Assembly: GCA_947368535.1 (NCBI GenBank)
Contig: CANBHY010000002.1
Coordinates: 169,714-233,713, forward strand
Source of the DNA: an uncultured Clostridium sp.
Lineage (GTDB): Bacteria > Bacillota > Clostridia > TANB77 > CAG-508
DNA length: 64,000 bases
Direction: 5' to 3'
Shown here: positions 42,504-53,083 of the stretch, piece after piece
How the letters are laid out: every line of letters starts with the position of its first letter
Numbering within the stretch: the first letter of the stretch is position 1
Notes under the pieces: model-generated
Told to the model about the DNA's origin: nothing
Seen by the model: only the letters and a program-made list of their open reading frames with translations
Databases searched by the model: none
Made by a program: the position numbers and the translations under genes

Positions 42504-43088
42504 TTAGTTTATAGACTTTTGAAGTTCTTTTATTTTATCATATATTTCAAGCCAAGAAGTGACCTTTATAACATTTTTTCCTTCACACTGTTTATTATAA
42601 ATTTCATCAAATACGATAACAGGCATAAATTCTGACATTTCATTTATATATTTAACTTCATCTTCAATTAAAACATCTAGTTCATTCTCTATGCAAGAAG
42701 ATTTTTTCTCAATCTTACCAACTAATAATTTATCATAAACAATACCTTTTTCTTTTAAAAACTTTTCAGTAGTTTCATAAGGAGTTTTAAACATAGGAAA
42801 AGCCCTTGAAGAAATAATATTAATATGATGACCTTCATCCTTTAACTTTTGAATAATATCTTTTGCATTTTCTTTAACTTCAGCTTGCAAAACTACTTCT
42901 TCTAAATATTTAACACAAAAATCCATATTTTCTTCAGGTGTCCAATCATATAAATTAAAACTAGCAACACCATTGTCATGCATTTCTAGACCTCTTTTGA
43001 TAACTGTGTCATTATATTCTCTACAATATTTTTTTAATATTGGTAATGTATTAGTTATTGTATTATCTATATCAATTCCAATTTTCAT
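42504..43088 (-). CDS. HAD-superfamily 5'(3')-deoxyribonucleotidase-like protein
   Basis: IGIDIDNT, IISSR, LIED motifs. Confidence 0.8.
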   Translation of the reverse strand: MKIGIDIDNTITNTLPILKKYCREYNDTVIKRGLEMHDNGVASFNLYDWTPEENMDFCVKYLEEVVLQAEVKENAKDIIQKLKDEGHHINIISSRAFPMFKTPYETTEKFLKEKGIVYDKLLVGKIEKKSSCIENELDVLIEDEVKYINEMSEFMPVIVFDEIYNKQCEGKNVIKVTSWLEIYDKIKELQKSIN

Positions 43089-43179
43089 ATATTTCTCCTT
43101 TAAAAAGTTAATTAAATGATAGCATAAAAATGTTAAAAAAGCAAAAAAAATAGCTACATTAAATGTAGCTATTTAAAAG

Positions 43180-44620
43180 TTACTTAAAGTTTTTAAAAGG
43201 ATTAATATCACTAACATTATTAAGTAAATTTTCAGCTAATCCTTGTCCACTAACTTTTTTATTATTGGCACCTTCAATCTTGGAATTAGAAAGACCAGTT
43301 TCTCTCTTTATTAACTTATCAGATTTTACAACATTAAACATTTCTGTTGGTGTCTCTGTTTCATGATGATGACGTTCTGTAAAATTACGATATTTAGCAT
43401 AATAGAAAAAGAAGAAGATAAAACCAAGAAGTAAAAATAAGAAACTGTAATCAAAATCTATAAACAACATCAAAAGTAAACCAATAAATTCAACTATAGC
43501 AGAAGCTCCAATCAATTTTGGCATATGTATAGGAATACTACCCATGGTTTCTTTAGTTCTAGCGTTAATAGCAACATAATGAAGTAAACTATCATTTTCA
43601 CCCTTTTTTTCTTGATAACTATAAAGCCAAACAGGTAAATAAGCAGTTTTCCATTGTCTACCTTTAATATCAAGATGTTCACTATCCCAACGAACACCAC
43701 GATCATATAATTCTAAAGTTTTATTAGCTGAAAAACGAGCAACATCTTTAGCTTGAGTATCAACAAGAGGTTTTAACTGTTCGACATTAGTATCACGTCT
43801 TTCAGAAGTATATCCTTTTAAATAATTTGAATCCCATTTAACAGAGTTCTCAATATCAAAAGGCATAATAGCATTTATAACATTATTTGTTTTATGAGAA
43901 TCTTTTTTGTTTAACTTATCAGCACTAGATTCAACAGTTAAACCTTTAATAGATAAATCAAATTCACGATCTACATCATATAAATCTGCATCATAATAAG
44001 TTCTTTGATTACTTCCACTTCCACGAGTGTAACGTCTAACTTGATGTTCACCTCTACCAGAAAAAGAAGCATGAGAATTCATATCAACAACCATATAAGG
44101 GAAATATACACCCATTACATTTTCAGCTGAAAATTCTTCAACAAATTTAGGATGAGCAAAGAATCTTCTTTTGTTAACAAAAGCTTCTATCATAGATTTT
44201 GCATCTAGTTTGCTTAATTTAAACGGTAAGACGACATCAGGCACAGCACCGATTTGGAATCTGTTGATTAACAGATAAGGTATTTCTACACCAGTGACAT
44301 CTAGCTTGAGTACTTTCAGCAGTATCTATAACAACTTCAGCGCCACAGCTACTGCATTTAAATGTCATGACATCTTTAGTATCCTGTGCTATATCTTGTG
44401 TACCAGAAGCCATTATTTCACCCTGAAGATTATGAATATCAGTTTCCATCCCTTCAATTTTTTCTGGTTGAAACTCGTGTCTACAATAATTACATCTTAA
44501 ATTACCAGTCTTAGTATTAAGAGAAATATCAGTAGCACCACATTTTGGACATTTATTTTGTCCATCTTTATTACCCAAATCTGTTTGAACAATTTTAGGT
44601 CCATCATTCAAATCTGGCAT
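43180..44620 (-). CDS. TFIIB-type zinc-ribbon membrane protein split by a +1 break at CGG-T (44251); about 479 aa when joined
   Basis: CPKCG, CNYC, CSSCG, CHWC; join gives NQQIPN-G-AVPDVVLPF; later YLPVWLYSY and two C-terminal TMs. Confidence 0.78.
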
Positions 44621-44623
44621 TTT

Positions 44624-46024
44624 TTATACCCCCAAAAGTTTTTGTTTTGCTTTATCGTAATCTTCTTGAGAAATAAGACCTTCATCAAGTAATTTCTTTA
44701 AAGAAGATAATTTTTCATAAGCAACATCAGGATCAAATTGATTTGATGAAGCTGGCTGAGGAGTTGGTTGAGGAGTATTAGGTGTAACTTGCGAAACTGG
44801 TTCTTGTGGTTGCATTTGCTCTGGAGCAGGTTGCTCTGGTTGAACTGGCTCAGAAGTTACAACAGGCTCTTGTGGAGCTGGTGGAACTGGAGCTTGAGGT
44901 TGAACTGGTTGTTGTGGTTGAGCTGGTTGATTATATTGTTGTTGTGGTTGAGGAGCATTAGCACCAAAAGCATTTGGTTGAATTGGTTGAGCAGGTTGTT
45001 GGAATCCTCCCATAGAACCAGCAGCTGCATTCATTCCCATACCCATGAATGCCATTCCAGTAGCACCACCACCGTTTTCACCAGCAGATTGCATACCACG
45101 AGCAACAGATTGTTGCATAAATGAATTTCCACGAGCACCAGATAAAGCATCAGCTTTCTTAACATCACTTAATAATGCTTTAGTATCTTCATCATATTCG
45201 ATTGCTTGAAGAGCAACTTTAACTATTTCAAGACCACGATCAGATTTCCATTGGTATCCATCTTCAACTGCTTGAGAAAGACTTTGAGCAAAACCTATTT
45301 GATCTCCTTGAATTCTTGTAATACGATTTCCTTTGCTAGGATCATTTGTATAATTTGAAAATGCAGCAGATAAACTTCCAACAACTTCATTGAAAAGTTG
45401 AGCACCTGCATCATTATCCATATCAGCAAAATCAAATATTTGTGCATTTGGTTGTAAATAAGCAACAGGCACAAAGTTTTTAATAAATAAAATAGGATCA
45501 ACTATTCTTAATGTATAAGTACCTCTAGTAATAGCACCAACTTGAGCATTTAAATAAGCATCATCCCAATATATTTCAGATTGAGTCCCAAAACGATTGT
45601 TAGGAATTTCCTTTAAATTAACATAGAATGCTAATTGTTGTGATCCAGGTTGACCACCAAATTTGAATCTCTCCCAGCTTTGTCCAAAAGTAGAAGATAA
45701 GATACCATTACCAGCAAACATAGATTTAGAATTTGGGTCATCTGATGTAAAAATGAATCCACCTGGTTCAGTAATACATCCAGTAATAGCACCATCTTGC
45801 ATAGTAATAAGCGCCATTCCATCAGGTACAACTATTTTACTTCCGTTAGAAATAATATTTTCAGACCCACTTGTATTTTCACCACGTCCAGCATTAGTTC
45901 CTTGAGGTACAGCTTGAAAAATTGCAGCTGTTCCAGGAACATTTTGCATAGGTACATAAAAATCTTTCCATTGATCTGCAAAAGAACCGCCTAAGGCTCC
46001 AGCAAATGCTTTAATAAATCCCAT
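44624..46024 (-). CDS. SPFH-domain ('virion core protein'-like) protein with Q/P-rich linker and SHOCT-like C-terminus
   Basis: ISNGSKIVV, RFKFGG, FYVNLKEI, LKKLLDEGLISQEDYDKAKQKLL; operon partner of the zinc-ribbon gene. Confidence 0.82.
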   Translation of the reverse strand: MGFIKAFAGALGGSFADQWKDFYVPMQNVPGTAAIFQAVPQGTNAGRGENTSGSENIISNGSKIVVPDGMALITMQDGAITGCITEPGGFIFTSDDPNSKSMFAGNGILSSTFGQSWERFKFGGQPGSQQLAFYVNLKEIPNNRFGTQSEIYWDDAYLNAQVGAITRGTYTLRIVDPILFIKNFVPVAYLQPNAQIFDFADMDNDAGAQLFNEVVGSLSAAFSNYTNDPSKGNRITRIQGDQIGFAQSLSQAVEDGYQWKSDRGLEIVKVALQAIEYDEDTKALLSDVKKADALSGARGNSFMQQSVARGMQSAGENGGGATGMAFMGMGMNAAAGSMGGFQQPAQPIQPNAFGANAPQPQQQYNQPAQPQQPVQPQAPVPPAPQEPVVTSEPVQPEQPAPEQMQPQEPVSQVTPNTPQPTPQPASSNQFDPDVAYEKLSSLKKLLDEGLISQEDYDKAKQKLLGV

Positions 46025-46267
46025 AATAACCTCCTTTAATAAATAAAATGAAATTTACTTATAATTTTTTTTTGAAATTTTTGTATATATAATATTAATA
46101 ACAATAATGTCGAAAAATGTAAATAGAAAGAGGATTTTGTAATGCAAAAATAATATTAGATATTAAGAATAAAATAATTGAAGAAAATACCAAAATAAAA
46201 GCAAAATAAAACATTGACATTATAAAATGTTATTAATATAATAAAAACATATATAAATAAGGAGAGA

Positions 46268-47053
46268 ATGCAAATGATAAAAAGTAAGGGAATGGAGTTA
46301 ATGGAACTAATTAACCAATTAGGACAAATAGAAACAATAGACACAGAAATTACTTTTGCAATTTTTAGAAGTTCAACACAAAAGAAAATGGAAGAGAAAG
46401 TTAACGAACTAATAAATAAAATAAAAGAACAAATGATTACTTATGGAATAGAAAATAAAGAATACGAAGAACAAAACGATAAAATAATAGCAAAATATAA
46501 AGAAGTATTAAAAAAGATGTATACAGAATATGAAAATAGTATTATAAGTATACAACTAGAAATGCAAGAAGCAGAAAGTAATCAAAAAGTAGCTATAGCA
46601 GGATTTAAAAAAATTGCAGACATAAAAAGAGAAAATATTGCAGCACTACAAAATAATCCAGTTCAATTACAAAAATACATAGATAAAGAAAATGCATGTA
46701 TAGTAAAATTTAATGACTATAATACAATATTAGATGAATGTCTAATAGAAACAGAAATGTGTAGAAAAGAATTCTTAAAAGAATTAGATAAAATACATGT
46801 TATAACAGAAGAAATGAGACTAGTAAAAAAAGCTAGTAAATTTCAAGAAATCATACAAAAAATAAAAAACGTATTTAATGGAAAAAAATATTATGAAGCA
46901 TTTTTAAATAACATTGAGCAAAACATATTAAACCTAGAAAGTATAAATGAACCTAAAATAAAAGAAGTAAGCAATCAAAATGTTAAATTTATTGCTACAA
47001 TTATTGTAATGAGAAAGAAAATAAACAACAGCTTCAAATTAGCTGTGAGTTAG
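46268..47053 (+). CDS. Hypothetical coiled-coil protein
   Basis: 261 aa, AAGGAG RBS, TTGACA promoter upstream. Confidence 0.75.
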   Translation: MQMIKSKGMELMELINQLGQIETIDTEITFAIFRSSTQKKMEEKVNELINKIKEQMITYGIENKEYEEQNDKIIAKYKEVLKKMYTEYENSIISIQLEMQEAESNQKVAIAGFKKIADIKRENIAALQNNPVQLQKYIDKENACIVKFNDYNTILDECLIETEMCRKEFLKELDKIHVITEEMRLVKKASKFQEIIQKIKNVFNGKKYYEAFLNNIEQNILNLESINEPKIKEVSNQNVKFIATIIVMRKKINNSFKLAVS

Positions 47054-47061
47054 GAGGAAAT

Positions 47062-47220
47062 ATGTTAGAAGATTTAGATGTAGTATTTGTAGACAGCCAA
47101 ATGGTAAATTTAAAATCTTATGAAATAGATATGTTTCAAAGTCAATTAAAAAAAGTAAGAGAAAAAAGAACTCAAAAGATAAGACGAATAGCGAAAGTTA
47201 TTGATGAATTGAAAGGATAA
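47062..47220 (+). CDS. 52-aa hypothetical protein
   Basis: AGGAGG RBS; MLEDLDVVFVDSQMVNLKSYE...DELKG*; fills the gap between neighbours. Confidence 0.65.
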   Translation: MLEDLDVVFVDSQMVNLKSYEIDMFQSQLKKVREKRTQKIRRIAKVIDELKG

Positions 47221-47231
47221 AAGGTGAGAAA

Positions 47232-48362
47232 ATGGACATAGAAGGATTAAAACAAGAAGGCAAAAATCAACTATTGGATAAATATATCGAAGAATATAAT
47301 AATATGGGATATATGGACTATATAAACAATAATTTAGTATATTCAGGGTTGCTTTCATACAATATGATGAAAGATTTTATGGGGGGAAGATTTATGGAAG
47401 ACCCAATAAAATCCATTGCTACATATAGTAAACTTTTTACATCAATGAAAAAAACTGGGAAAGGATTATTCGAATCGCAAGAAGAAGCAGATGAAAGGAA
47501 AAGTAAGGCAGAAAAACAAGATTTACAAATAAAATTATTTGGAGCAATACAAGAATATGACCCAGCAACATTTAAAGCAATGTTAAATGGGGATACAGAA
47601 GGGTCACAATATTTAGCACAATATATGGAAAATTTAAAAACAATGGATCCAGAAACAATTAGTATCATGGAGCAAGCATTAGAAGAAAAAGATTGGCATA
47701 CATTTGAAGCAAAACTTGCAGAATGTGTAGATGATGCAAGAATTAGTCAATATATGAGCCAAATGTCCAATATTAATCCAAATGTATATGATGATATGAT
47801 ATATGCTGGTGGAGAAATTGAAAATAACAATGTAACAAGTACAAATCAGATACCAGAAGGATCAGATTTAGAAGCAAGAATAGCAAGTTTGGAAAATACA
47901 GTTTATCAATTAACAGAATATATTCAAAGAGAAGGAATACAAGTATCAGAAAATGGCGTAGATTTTGTACAACAAGCAAGAGATAGCGAAGAAAAAGACG
48001 ATAAATCAAGAGCTATTTATGAAAAAGATGGTGTTAGTATAGAAGTTGCAGAAGGATTAGAAGCAGAACAAAATCAAGAACTACAACATGGACAAGAGTT
48101 TGCAGAAGCATCAGAAGAAGTAACGGAAGAAGACTTAGAAATAGCAGAAAAAGAAGTTAAAGAAAGAGATGCTATAACTGAAGATGGAACAGTTTCAATA
48201 ATTTTAGGAAATTCTAAAAAGATAACAATTAGTGTAGAACCATACATAGCAGGAGATAAAGAAACACAAATGGCACAAGAAGCAAATGAACAAGAACAAA
48301 TGGCATCAAGAGAAGAAAACTCAGCAAGTACAGAAATAACAGATGATACATCAAGAGTATAA
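47232..48362 (+). CDS. Hypothetical acidic protein
   Basis: 376 aa, AAGGTG RBS, E/Q-rich C-terminal half; terminator at 48383-48415. Confidence 0.75.
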   Translation: MDIEGLKQEGKNQLLDKYIEEYNNMGYMDYINNNLVYSGLLSYNMMKDFMGGRFMEDPIKSIATYSKLFTSMKKTGKGLFESQEEADERKSKAEKQDLQIKLFGAIQEYDPATFKAMLNGDTEGSQYLAQYMENLKTMDPETISIMEQALEEKDWHTFEAKLAECVDDARISQYMSQMSNINPNVYDDMIYAGGEIENNNVTSTNQIPEGSDLEARIASLENTVYQLTEYIQREGIQVSENGVDFVQQARDSEEKDDKSRAIYEKDGVSIEVAEGLEAEQNQELQHGQEFAEASEEVTEEDLEIAEKEVKERDAITEDGTVSIILGNSKKITISVEPYIAGDKETQMAQEANEQEQMASREENSASTEITDDTSRV

Positions 48363-48421
48363 TAAGAAACAAATAATAAAATAAAAACACAAACTACGAA
48401 AGTTTGTGTTTTTTTATTTTA

Positions 48422-48498
48422 TGGTGCACCAGGAGGGATTCGAACCCCCGACCTCCCGGTTCGTAGCCGAACGCTCTATCCAGCTAAGCTACTGGTGC
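48422..48498 (-). tRNA. tRNA-Arg(ACG)
   Basis: Reverse-strand cloverleaf, ttcgg-CTACGAA-ccggg, CCA end. Confidence 0.95.
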
Positions 48499-48665
48499 AA
48501 ACTTAAAACAATACAATTATAGCAAGTTTAGAATAAATTTTCAATGATTTTTTGAAATTAACTAAACTTTAAAGAGAATCAGAAAAAGAGAAATATAAAA
48601 AAACAAGAAAATATTACTAAATACTTGACAATAAAAGTAAAAAATGGTATTCTATAAAGCGTCAT

Positions 48666-48742
48666 GGGTCAGTAGCTCAGTTGGATAGAGCATGCGCCTT
48701 CTAAGCGCAGGGTCGGGGGTTCGAACCCCTCCTGGCTCACCA
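48666..48742 (+). tRNA. tRNA-Arg(TCT)
   Basis: Cloverleaf, tgcgc-CTTCTAA-gcgca, CCA end; TTGACA promoter and terminator aaacctagg...cctaggttt. Confidence 0.96.
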
Positions 48743-48894
48743 AACCTAGGAAATTTTCCTAGGTTTTTTTATTTTTAAACAAATTAATACAAATAAAAAT
48801 AAAAAGTTTATTGAAGTTTACATAAATGTATAGTATAATAAAAGTAGGTTTTTGCTCAGAAATGTTGCGACTTAGCTAAGAAGGAGTGGAAAGC

Positions 48895-49242
48895 GTGAAA
48901 AACAAAACCAGGAGGTTTGCTAATCTGAAACACGAAATGTTTCAGGAAAAAGGCAAGGGAAAAAAAGAAGTAGTACGGAAGTTAAATGAAGATGAGGCGG
49001 AATACCTCAGAAGCTTTTTTGTTTTGGAGCCTTATCTATATGAAATCCAGTTATATTTTAAACCTGGATTCAACCCGAAGGCAATCAAGGTATCAGGAGT
49101 CATAAAAGGACTATATTATGACTACTGGAGAAAACACAAGTTCACAGCTATTAAGCGATTGAATAAGAAAGAACTTAAGTGCTGTGAGGAATTTGGGCTT
49201 CACCCAAGGCCCTATAAATACAAGGTGAAATTGAGAACGTAA
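48895..49242 (+). CDS. Orphan basic protein with internally repeated RKLN/KRLN halves, GC-richer
   Basis: GTG 48895 after AAGGAG; TTTACA/TATAAT; hairpin ccccgcc...gcgggg at 49283-49317. Confidence 0.68.
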   Translation: MKNKTRRFANLKHEMFQEKGKGKKEVVRKLNEDEAEYLRSFFVLEPYLYEIQLYFKPGFNPKAIKVSGVIKGLYYDYWRKHKFTAIKRLNKKELKCCEEFGLHPRPYKYKVKLRT

Positions 49243-49318
49243 CCATCCAAAAGCAAAACCTAAATTTAGGAGCGAAGTCGCAAAAGTCCCCGCCAAAAGC
49301 GGGGGCGTCTTTTTTTAT

Positions 49319-49918
49319 CTAAATTAAATTATTAATATTGTTCAAAATATTTTCAAAACTTTTATAAAGTAAATCAGAATTAGAGATTTCGCAACTATCT
49401 GGTAAAAATTTATTATTTATTTCTATTTGAAAACAAGGAATCATACATGTATTAGAAATATAAGCAGATACAGTATTAGGATTAGAAGCAGAAAAAGGAT
49501 TATCAATTAAAACTGTTGAAAAACCAACATTTTTAAAAGATTCTACCATCATATTCAAAATATCATATCTATCTAAAATATTTTTACCAGAATTTATACC
49601 AATGCAAACATCTACTGGTCTTTCATAATACATACTATGGATATCAAAAAGAAATTTTATATTATTTTCAGAAATGAAATCCACAAGTTGTTCTTTATAT
49701 GTGGATTTTTCATCCCAATTTGGATCATTATTGTAAAATCTAGTCTTATAGATGCAGGAACAGTCAAAAGATTTAGAAATGGATTCAACTAAAAATCGAG
49801 TTTTAGTTTCAGCACTTTTAATCTCGCCATTTCTAAGCTGAGGAAAACTATGTGGAGCTGAAAACATTACGATAGAACTATTATCTTCAATATTAAAATC
49901 TTCAAAAACATATTTCAT
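49319..49918 (-). CDS. N-formylglutamate amidohydrolase-like zinc hydrolase
   Basis: SAPH, E at AETKT, FDIHS, FQIEIN motif spacing. Confidence 0.55.
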   Translation of the reverse strand: MKYVFEDFNIEDNSSIVMFSAPHSFPQLRNGEIKSAETKTRFLVESISKSFDCSCIYKTRFYNNDPNWDEKSTYKEQLVDFISENNIKFLFDIHSMYYERPVDVCIGINSGKNILDRYDILNMMVESFKNVGFSTVLIDNPFSASNPNTVSAYISNTCMIPCFQIEINNKFLPDSCEISNSDLLYKSFENILNNINNLI

Positions 49919-50045
49919 ATAAACACCTCATATAAATAATATTATACAATAACTTATAGAATATGAAAAATAAAAGTATACAAAAAATAAAAAAAAAACT
50001 TGAAATTATAAAAATATTATGCTAATATATATAAGTATCTAATTT

Positions 50046-50121
50046 CGAGGTGTAGCGCAGTTGGTAGCGCGCGTGGTTTGGGACCATGAGGTCGCAGGTT
50101 CGATCCCTGTCACCTCGACCA
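50046..50121 (+). tRNA. tRNA-Pro(TGG)
   Basis: Cloverleaf, cgtgg-TTTGGGA-ccatg, CCA end. Confidence 0.96.
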
Positions 50122-50380
50122 GCAAGATGCAGAAAAGTGTTGAAATACGTCAATTTCAACACTTTTTATTTTTATCCAAAATTATTGAGTAGTATCTTAA
50201 AACGTCTAAAAATAGACATTTTATCATTCAACATTATTTAGACTAATACAGCGTTACAGAGTTTTTGCTAGATAGTATTATGCAAAATTATATTTTATGG
50301 TATAATTTGATTTAGATAAATAATAATTAGTAAAGGATATTTAATTATGAAAAAAGAAGAACTTGAAAGGAGAAATTATT

Positions 50381-50557
50381 ATGTCAAAAAAAGAGGAAAG
50401 ATTTGAAAAAGTTTATTCACAAGGGGCTGTAAATGTAATTGAAGTTTGGGTAGATAAGGAAACAGGAGTTAATTATATTTATAGACAATCAGGATATTCT
50501 GGAGGAATGACAGTTTTAATAGATAGTACAGGAAAACCAGTTATTACTAAAGAATAA
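50381..50557 (+). CDS. DUF6440-like small protein
   Basis: RFEKVYSQG...WVDKETGVNYI...GYSGGMTVLID..GKP; AAAGGAG RBS. Confidence 0.75.
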   Translation: MSKKEERFEKVYSQGAVNVIEVWVDKETGVNYIYRQSGYSGGMTVLIDSTGKPVITKE

Positions 50558-50729
50558 TGATAACATACAATTTAGAGAATGAAAAATAAGAAAATAGTGA
50601 AAAAATAGTTAAATTATAAAATGATAGATTAGTTTCAATAACTAATCTATTTTTTTTGAAAAAAGAGTATTGACAATGATTTTTAAATTTTTTAAACTTA
50701 GTTTAATAAATAATAAGGAGCAACTAAAT

Positions 50730-51335
50730 ATGGAAAGAAAACAAATAGTAATATTCGGAGGATGCTTTAATCCTCCATTAAATTCACACTTTTCACTAGC
50801 TCAGCAAATAATAAATGAATATGAAAATATAGAACAAATAATATTTGTACCAGTTAATAGTAAATATCAGAAAGCAGATTTAATTAGTAATGAACATAGA
50901 TATAAAATGCTAAAATTAGCTTGTGATAAAAACGAAAAATTCGATGTATCAAGAATAGAATTAGACAGTCCAAGACCACTATATACAATAGAAACATTAA
51001 GAATCTTCCAAGAAACATATTCAAAATATCAAATAGCATTTATAATTGGAAGTGATAATCTAAAAGAAATAAATACTTGGGAAAAAGCCGAGGAACTTAC
51101 AAAAGATTTTAAGATTTATGTACTAGAAAGAGATAAAGACAATATAGAAGAAATTTTGAAATCGAATGGATTTTTAAATAAAAATAAACAAGCATTTATA
51201 AAAGCAAAAGATAATATAACCAGTAATTTAAGTTCAACATTTGTAAGAAACAAATTAAAAAATGGTAAAAGTGTTAGATATTTAACTACAGATGAAGTTG
51301 TATCCTACATAGAAGAAAATAAGCTATACAAATAA
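50730..51335 (+). CDS. nadD: Nicotinate-nucleotide adenylyltransferase
   Basis: FGGCFNPPLNSH, YTIETL, FIIGSDNL, LSSTFVRN. Confidence 0.9.
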   Translation: MERKQIVIFGGCFNPPLNSHFSLAQQIINEYENIEQIIFVPVNSKYQKADLISNEHRYKMLKLACDKNEKFDVSRIELDSPRPLYTIETLRIFQETYSKYQIAFIIGSDNLKEINTWEKAEELTKDFKIYVLERDKDNIEEILKSNGFLNKNKQAFIKAKDNITSNLSSTFVRNKLKNGKSVRYLTTDEVVSYIEENKLYK

Positions 51336-51349
51336 GGAGAACAAAAGTC

Positions 51350-52117
51350 ATGTTAGAGAAAGAAAAATTAGAGCAAGAAATGAATAATGCAATAAAGTGG
51401 ATAAAACAATATGTACAAAATGCAGGCGCAAATGGAGTTATAATAGGAAATAGTGGAGGAAAAGATTCTGCAACAGTTCTTGCTATGGCAAGTAAAGCAA
51501 TTGGAAAAGAAAAAATACTTGCAGTATCTATGCCATGTAATTCACAAAATAGTGACATTGAAGATGCAGAGTTAGTAGCCAAAAATTTTGGCGTAAAAAA
51601 TATTAAAGTAGATTTAAGTAATACTTATAATGGAATGGAAAGAGAAATAAACTTAAAATTAGATCAAAATTTATCAAAAGAATCTACAATTAATATTAAA
51701 CCAAGACTAAGAATGACAACTCTATACGGAATTGCACAGACTTTAGGATATTTAGTGATAGGAACGGGAAATCTTTGTGAAAGTATGGTAGGATATACAA
51801 CAAAATGGGGAGACAATAGTTCAGATTTTAATCCAATAGGAAATTTTACAGTAAAGGAAGTACTAGAAATAGGTAAGATATTAGGTGTTCCAGAAAAGAT
51901 ACTAAAAAAGGCACCAAATGACGGACTAGGTTTAGAAACAGATGAAGAAAAAATGGGGATAAAATATAGTCAAATAGAGGAAATGATAGAAACAGGAAGT
52001 ACAGAAGAAAAAGCAAAAGAAGAAATAATAAAAAGATACAAAAGTTCAAAACATAAAAGAAGTCTTGTAGCAGTTTATACATTTGAAAGAAGGAACTTAT
52101 TAAAAGAAAAAGAGTAA
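51350..52117 (+). CDS. nadE: NH3-dependent NAD+ synthetase
   Basis: GNSGGKDS, NIKPRLRM, GTGNLCE, GYTTKWGD, KAPNDGL. Confidence 0.92.
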   Translation: MLEKEKLEQEMNNAIKWIKQYVQNAGANGVIIGNSGGKDSATVLAMASKAIGKEKILAVSMPCNSQNSDIEDAELVAKNFGVKNIKVDLSNTYNGMEREINLKLDQNLSKESTINIKPRLRMTTLYGIAQTLGYLVIGTGNLCESMVGYTTKWGDNSSDFNPIGNFTVKEVLEIGKILGVPEKILKKAPNDGLGLETDEEKMGIKYSQIEEMIETGSTEEKAKEEIIKRYKSSKHKRSLVAVYTFERRNLLKEKE

Positions 52118-52252
52118 TTTATTTTTATGACGAACACTTTAATAATGCTATAATATAGCAGATATTAAAGTGTTAAATTTTTTGATATAAAAAATTTAAT
52201 AAAACTAAGATAAAATTAATATAACTATACTAATATCAAAGAGAATTCACAC

Positions 52253-52266
52253 TTACAAAACTGTAA
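52253..52266 (+). promoter_or_regulatory. BceR-type response-regulator binding site
   Basis: TTACA-AAAC-TGTAA matches TNACA-N4-TGTAA, upstream of TATAAT (52290) of the bceA-like gene. Confidence 0.7.
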
Positions 52267-52318
52267 TTTTATAATGACCATGAAGTTGTTATAATGTTAT
52301 CAGAAAGGAAGGATTTAT

Positions 52319-53083
52319 ATGCAAGTTTTAAAATTAGATAACGTCAAAAAATATTATGGAGTAAATACTAATATTACTAAAGCAGTAGATGGAGTTAGTT
52401 TTGATATTAATGAAAGCGAATTTGTTGCAATAATGGGAGCTTCTGGAAGCGGAAAAACAACACTTTTAAATTGTATTTCTACTATTGATAATGTTACAAG
52501 CGGAAATATATTTGTTGGAGATGAAAATATAACAAAAATAAAAGAAGAACAGTTAGCAGATTTTAGAAAAAATAATTTAGGTTTTATTTTTCAAGACTTT
52601 AATTTATTAGATACATTAACTATTGAAGAAAACATTGCACTTTCACTAATAATTAATAATGAAAATGAAAACAACATAGATAAAAAGGTTAAAGAAATTG
52701 CAATTAAACTAGGAATAGAAGACATTCTAAAAAAATTCCCTTATGAAGTATCAGGAGGGCAAAAACAAAGATGCGCTTGTGCTAGAGCTTTAATAAATAA
52801 ACCTAAAATTATTTTAGCAGATGAACCAACTGGAGCATTAGATTCTAAAGCAGCAAGAATGCTACTTGAAGCAATGAGAGAAATGAACGAAAAGTTAAAA
52901 GCAACTATATTAATGGTTACACATGATTCTTTTAGTGCTAGTTTTTGTAAAAGAGTAATATTTATAAAAGATGGGAAAGTATTTAATGAAATTATAAAAG
53001 GAGAAAAAACAAGAAAAGAATTCTTTAATGAAATACTTGATGTTCTTACACTTCTTGGAGGAGGTGTAGAAGATGTTAAGTAA
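52319..53083 (+). CDS. bceA: BceA-like ABC ATPase (antimicrobial peptide resistance)
   Basis: GASGSGKTT, VSGGQKQR, ADEPTGALD, VTHD. Confidence 0.82.
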   Translation: MQVLKLDNVKKYYGVNTNITKAVDGVSFDINESEFVAIMGASGSGKTTLLNCISTIDNVTSGNIFVGDENITKIKEEQLADFRKNNLGFIFQDFNLLDTLTIEENIALSLIINNENENNIDKKVKEIAIKLGIEDILKKFPYEVSGGQKQRCACARALINKPKIILADEPTGALDSKAARMLLEAMREMNEKLKATILMVTHDSFSASFCKRVIFIKDGKVFNEIIKGEKTRKEFFNEILDVLTLLGGGVEDVK

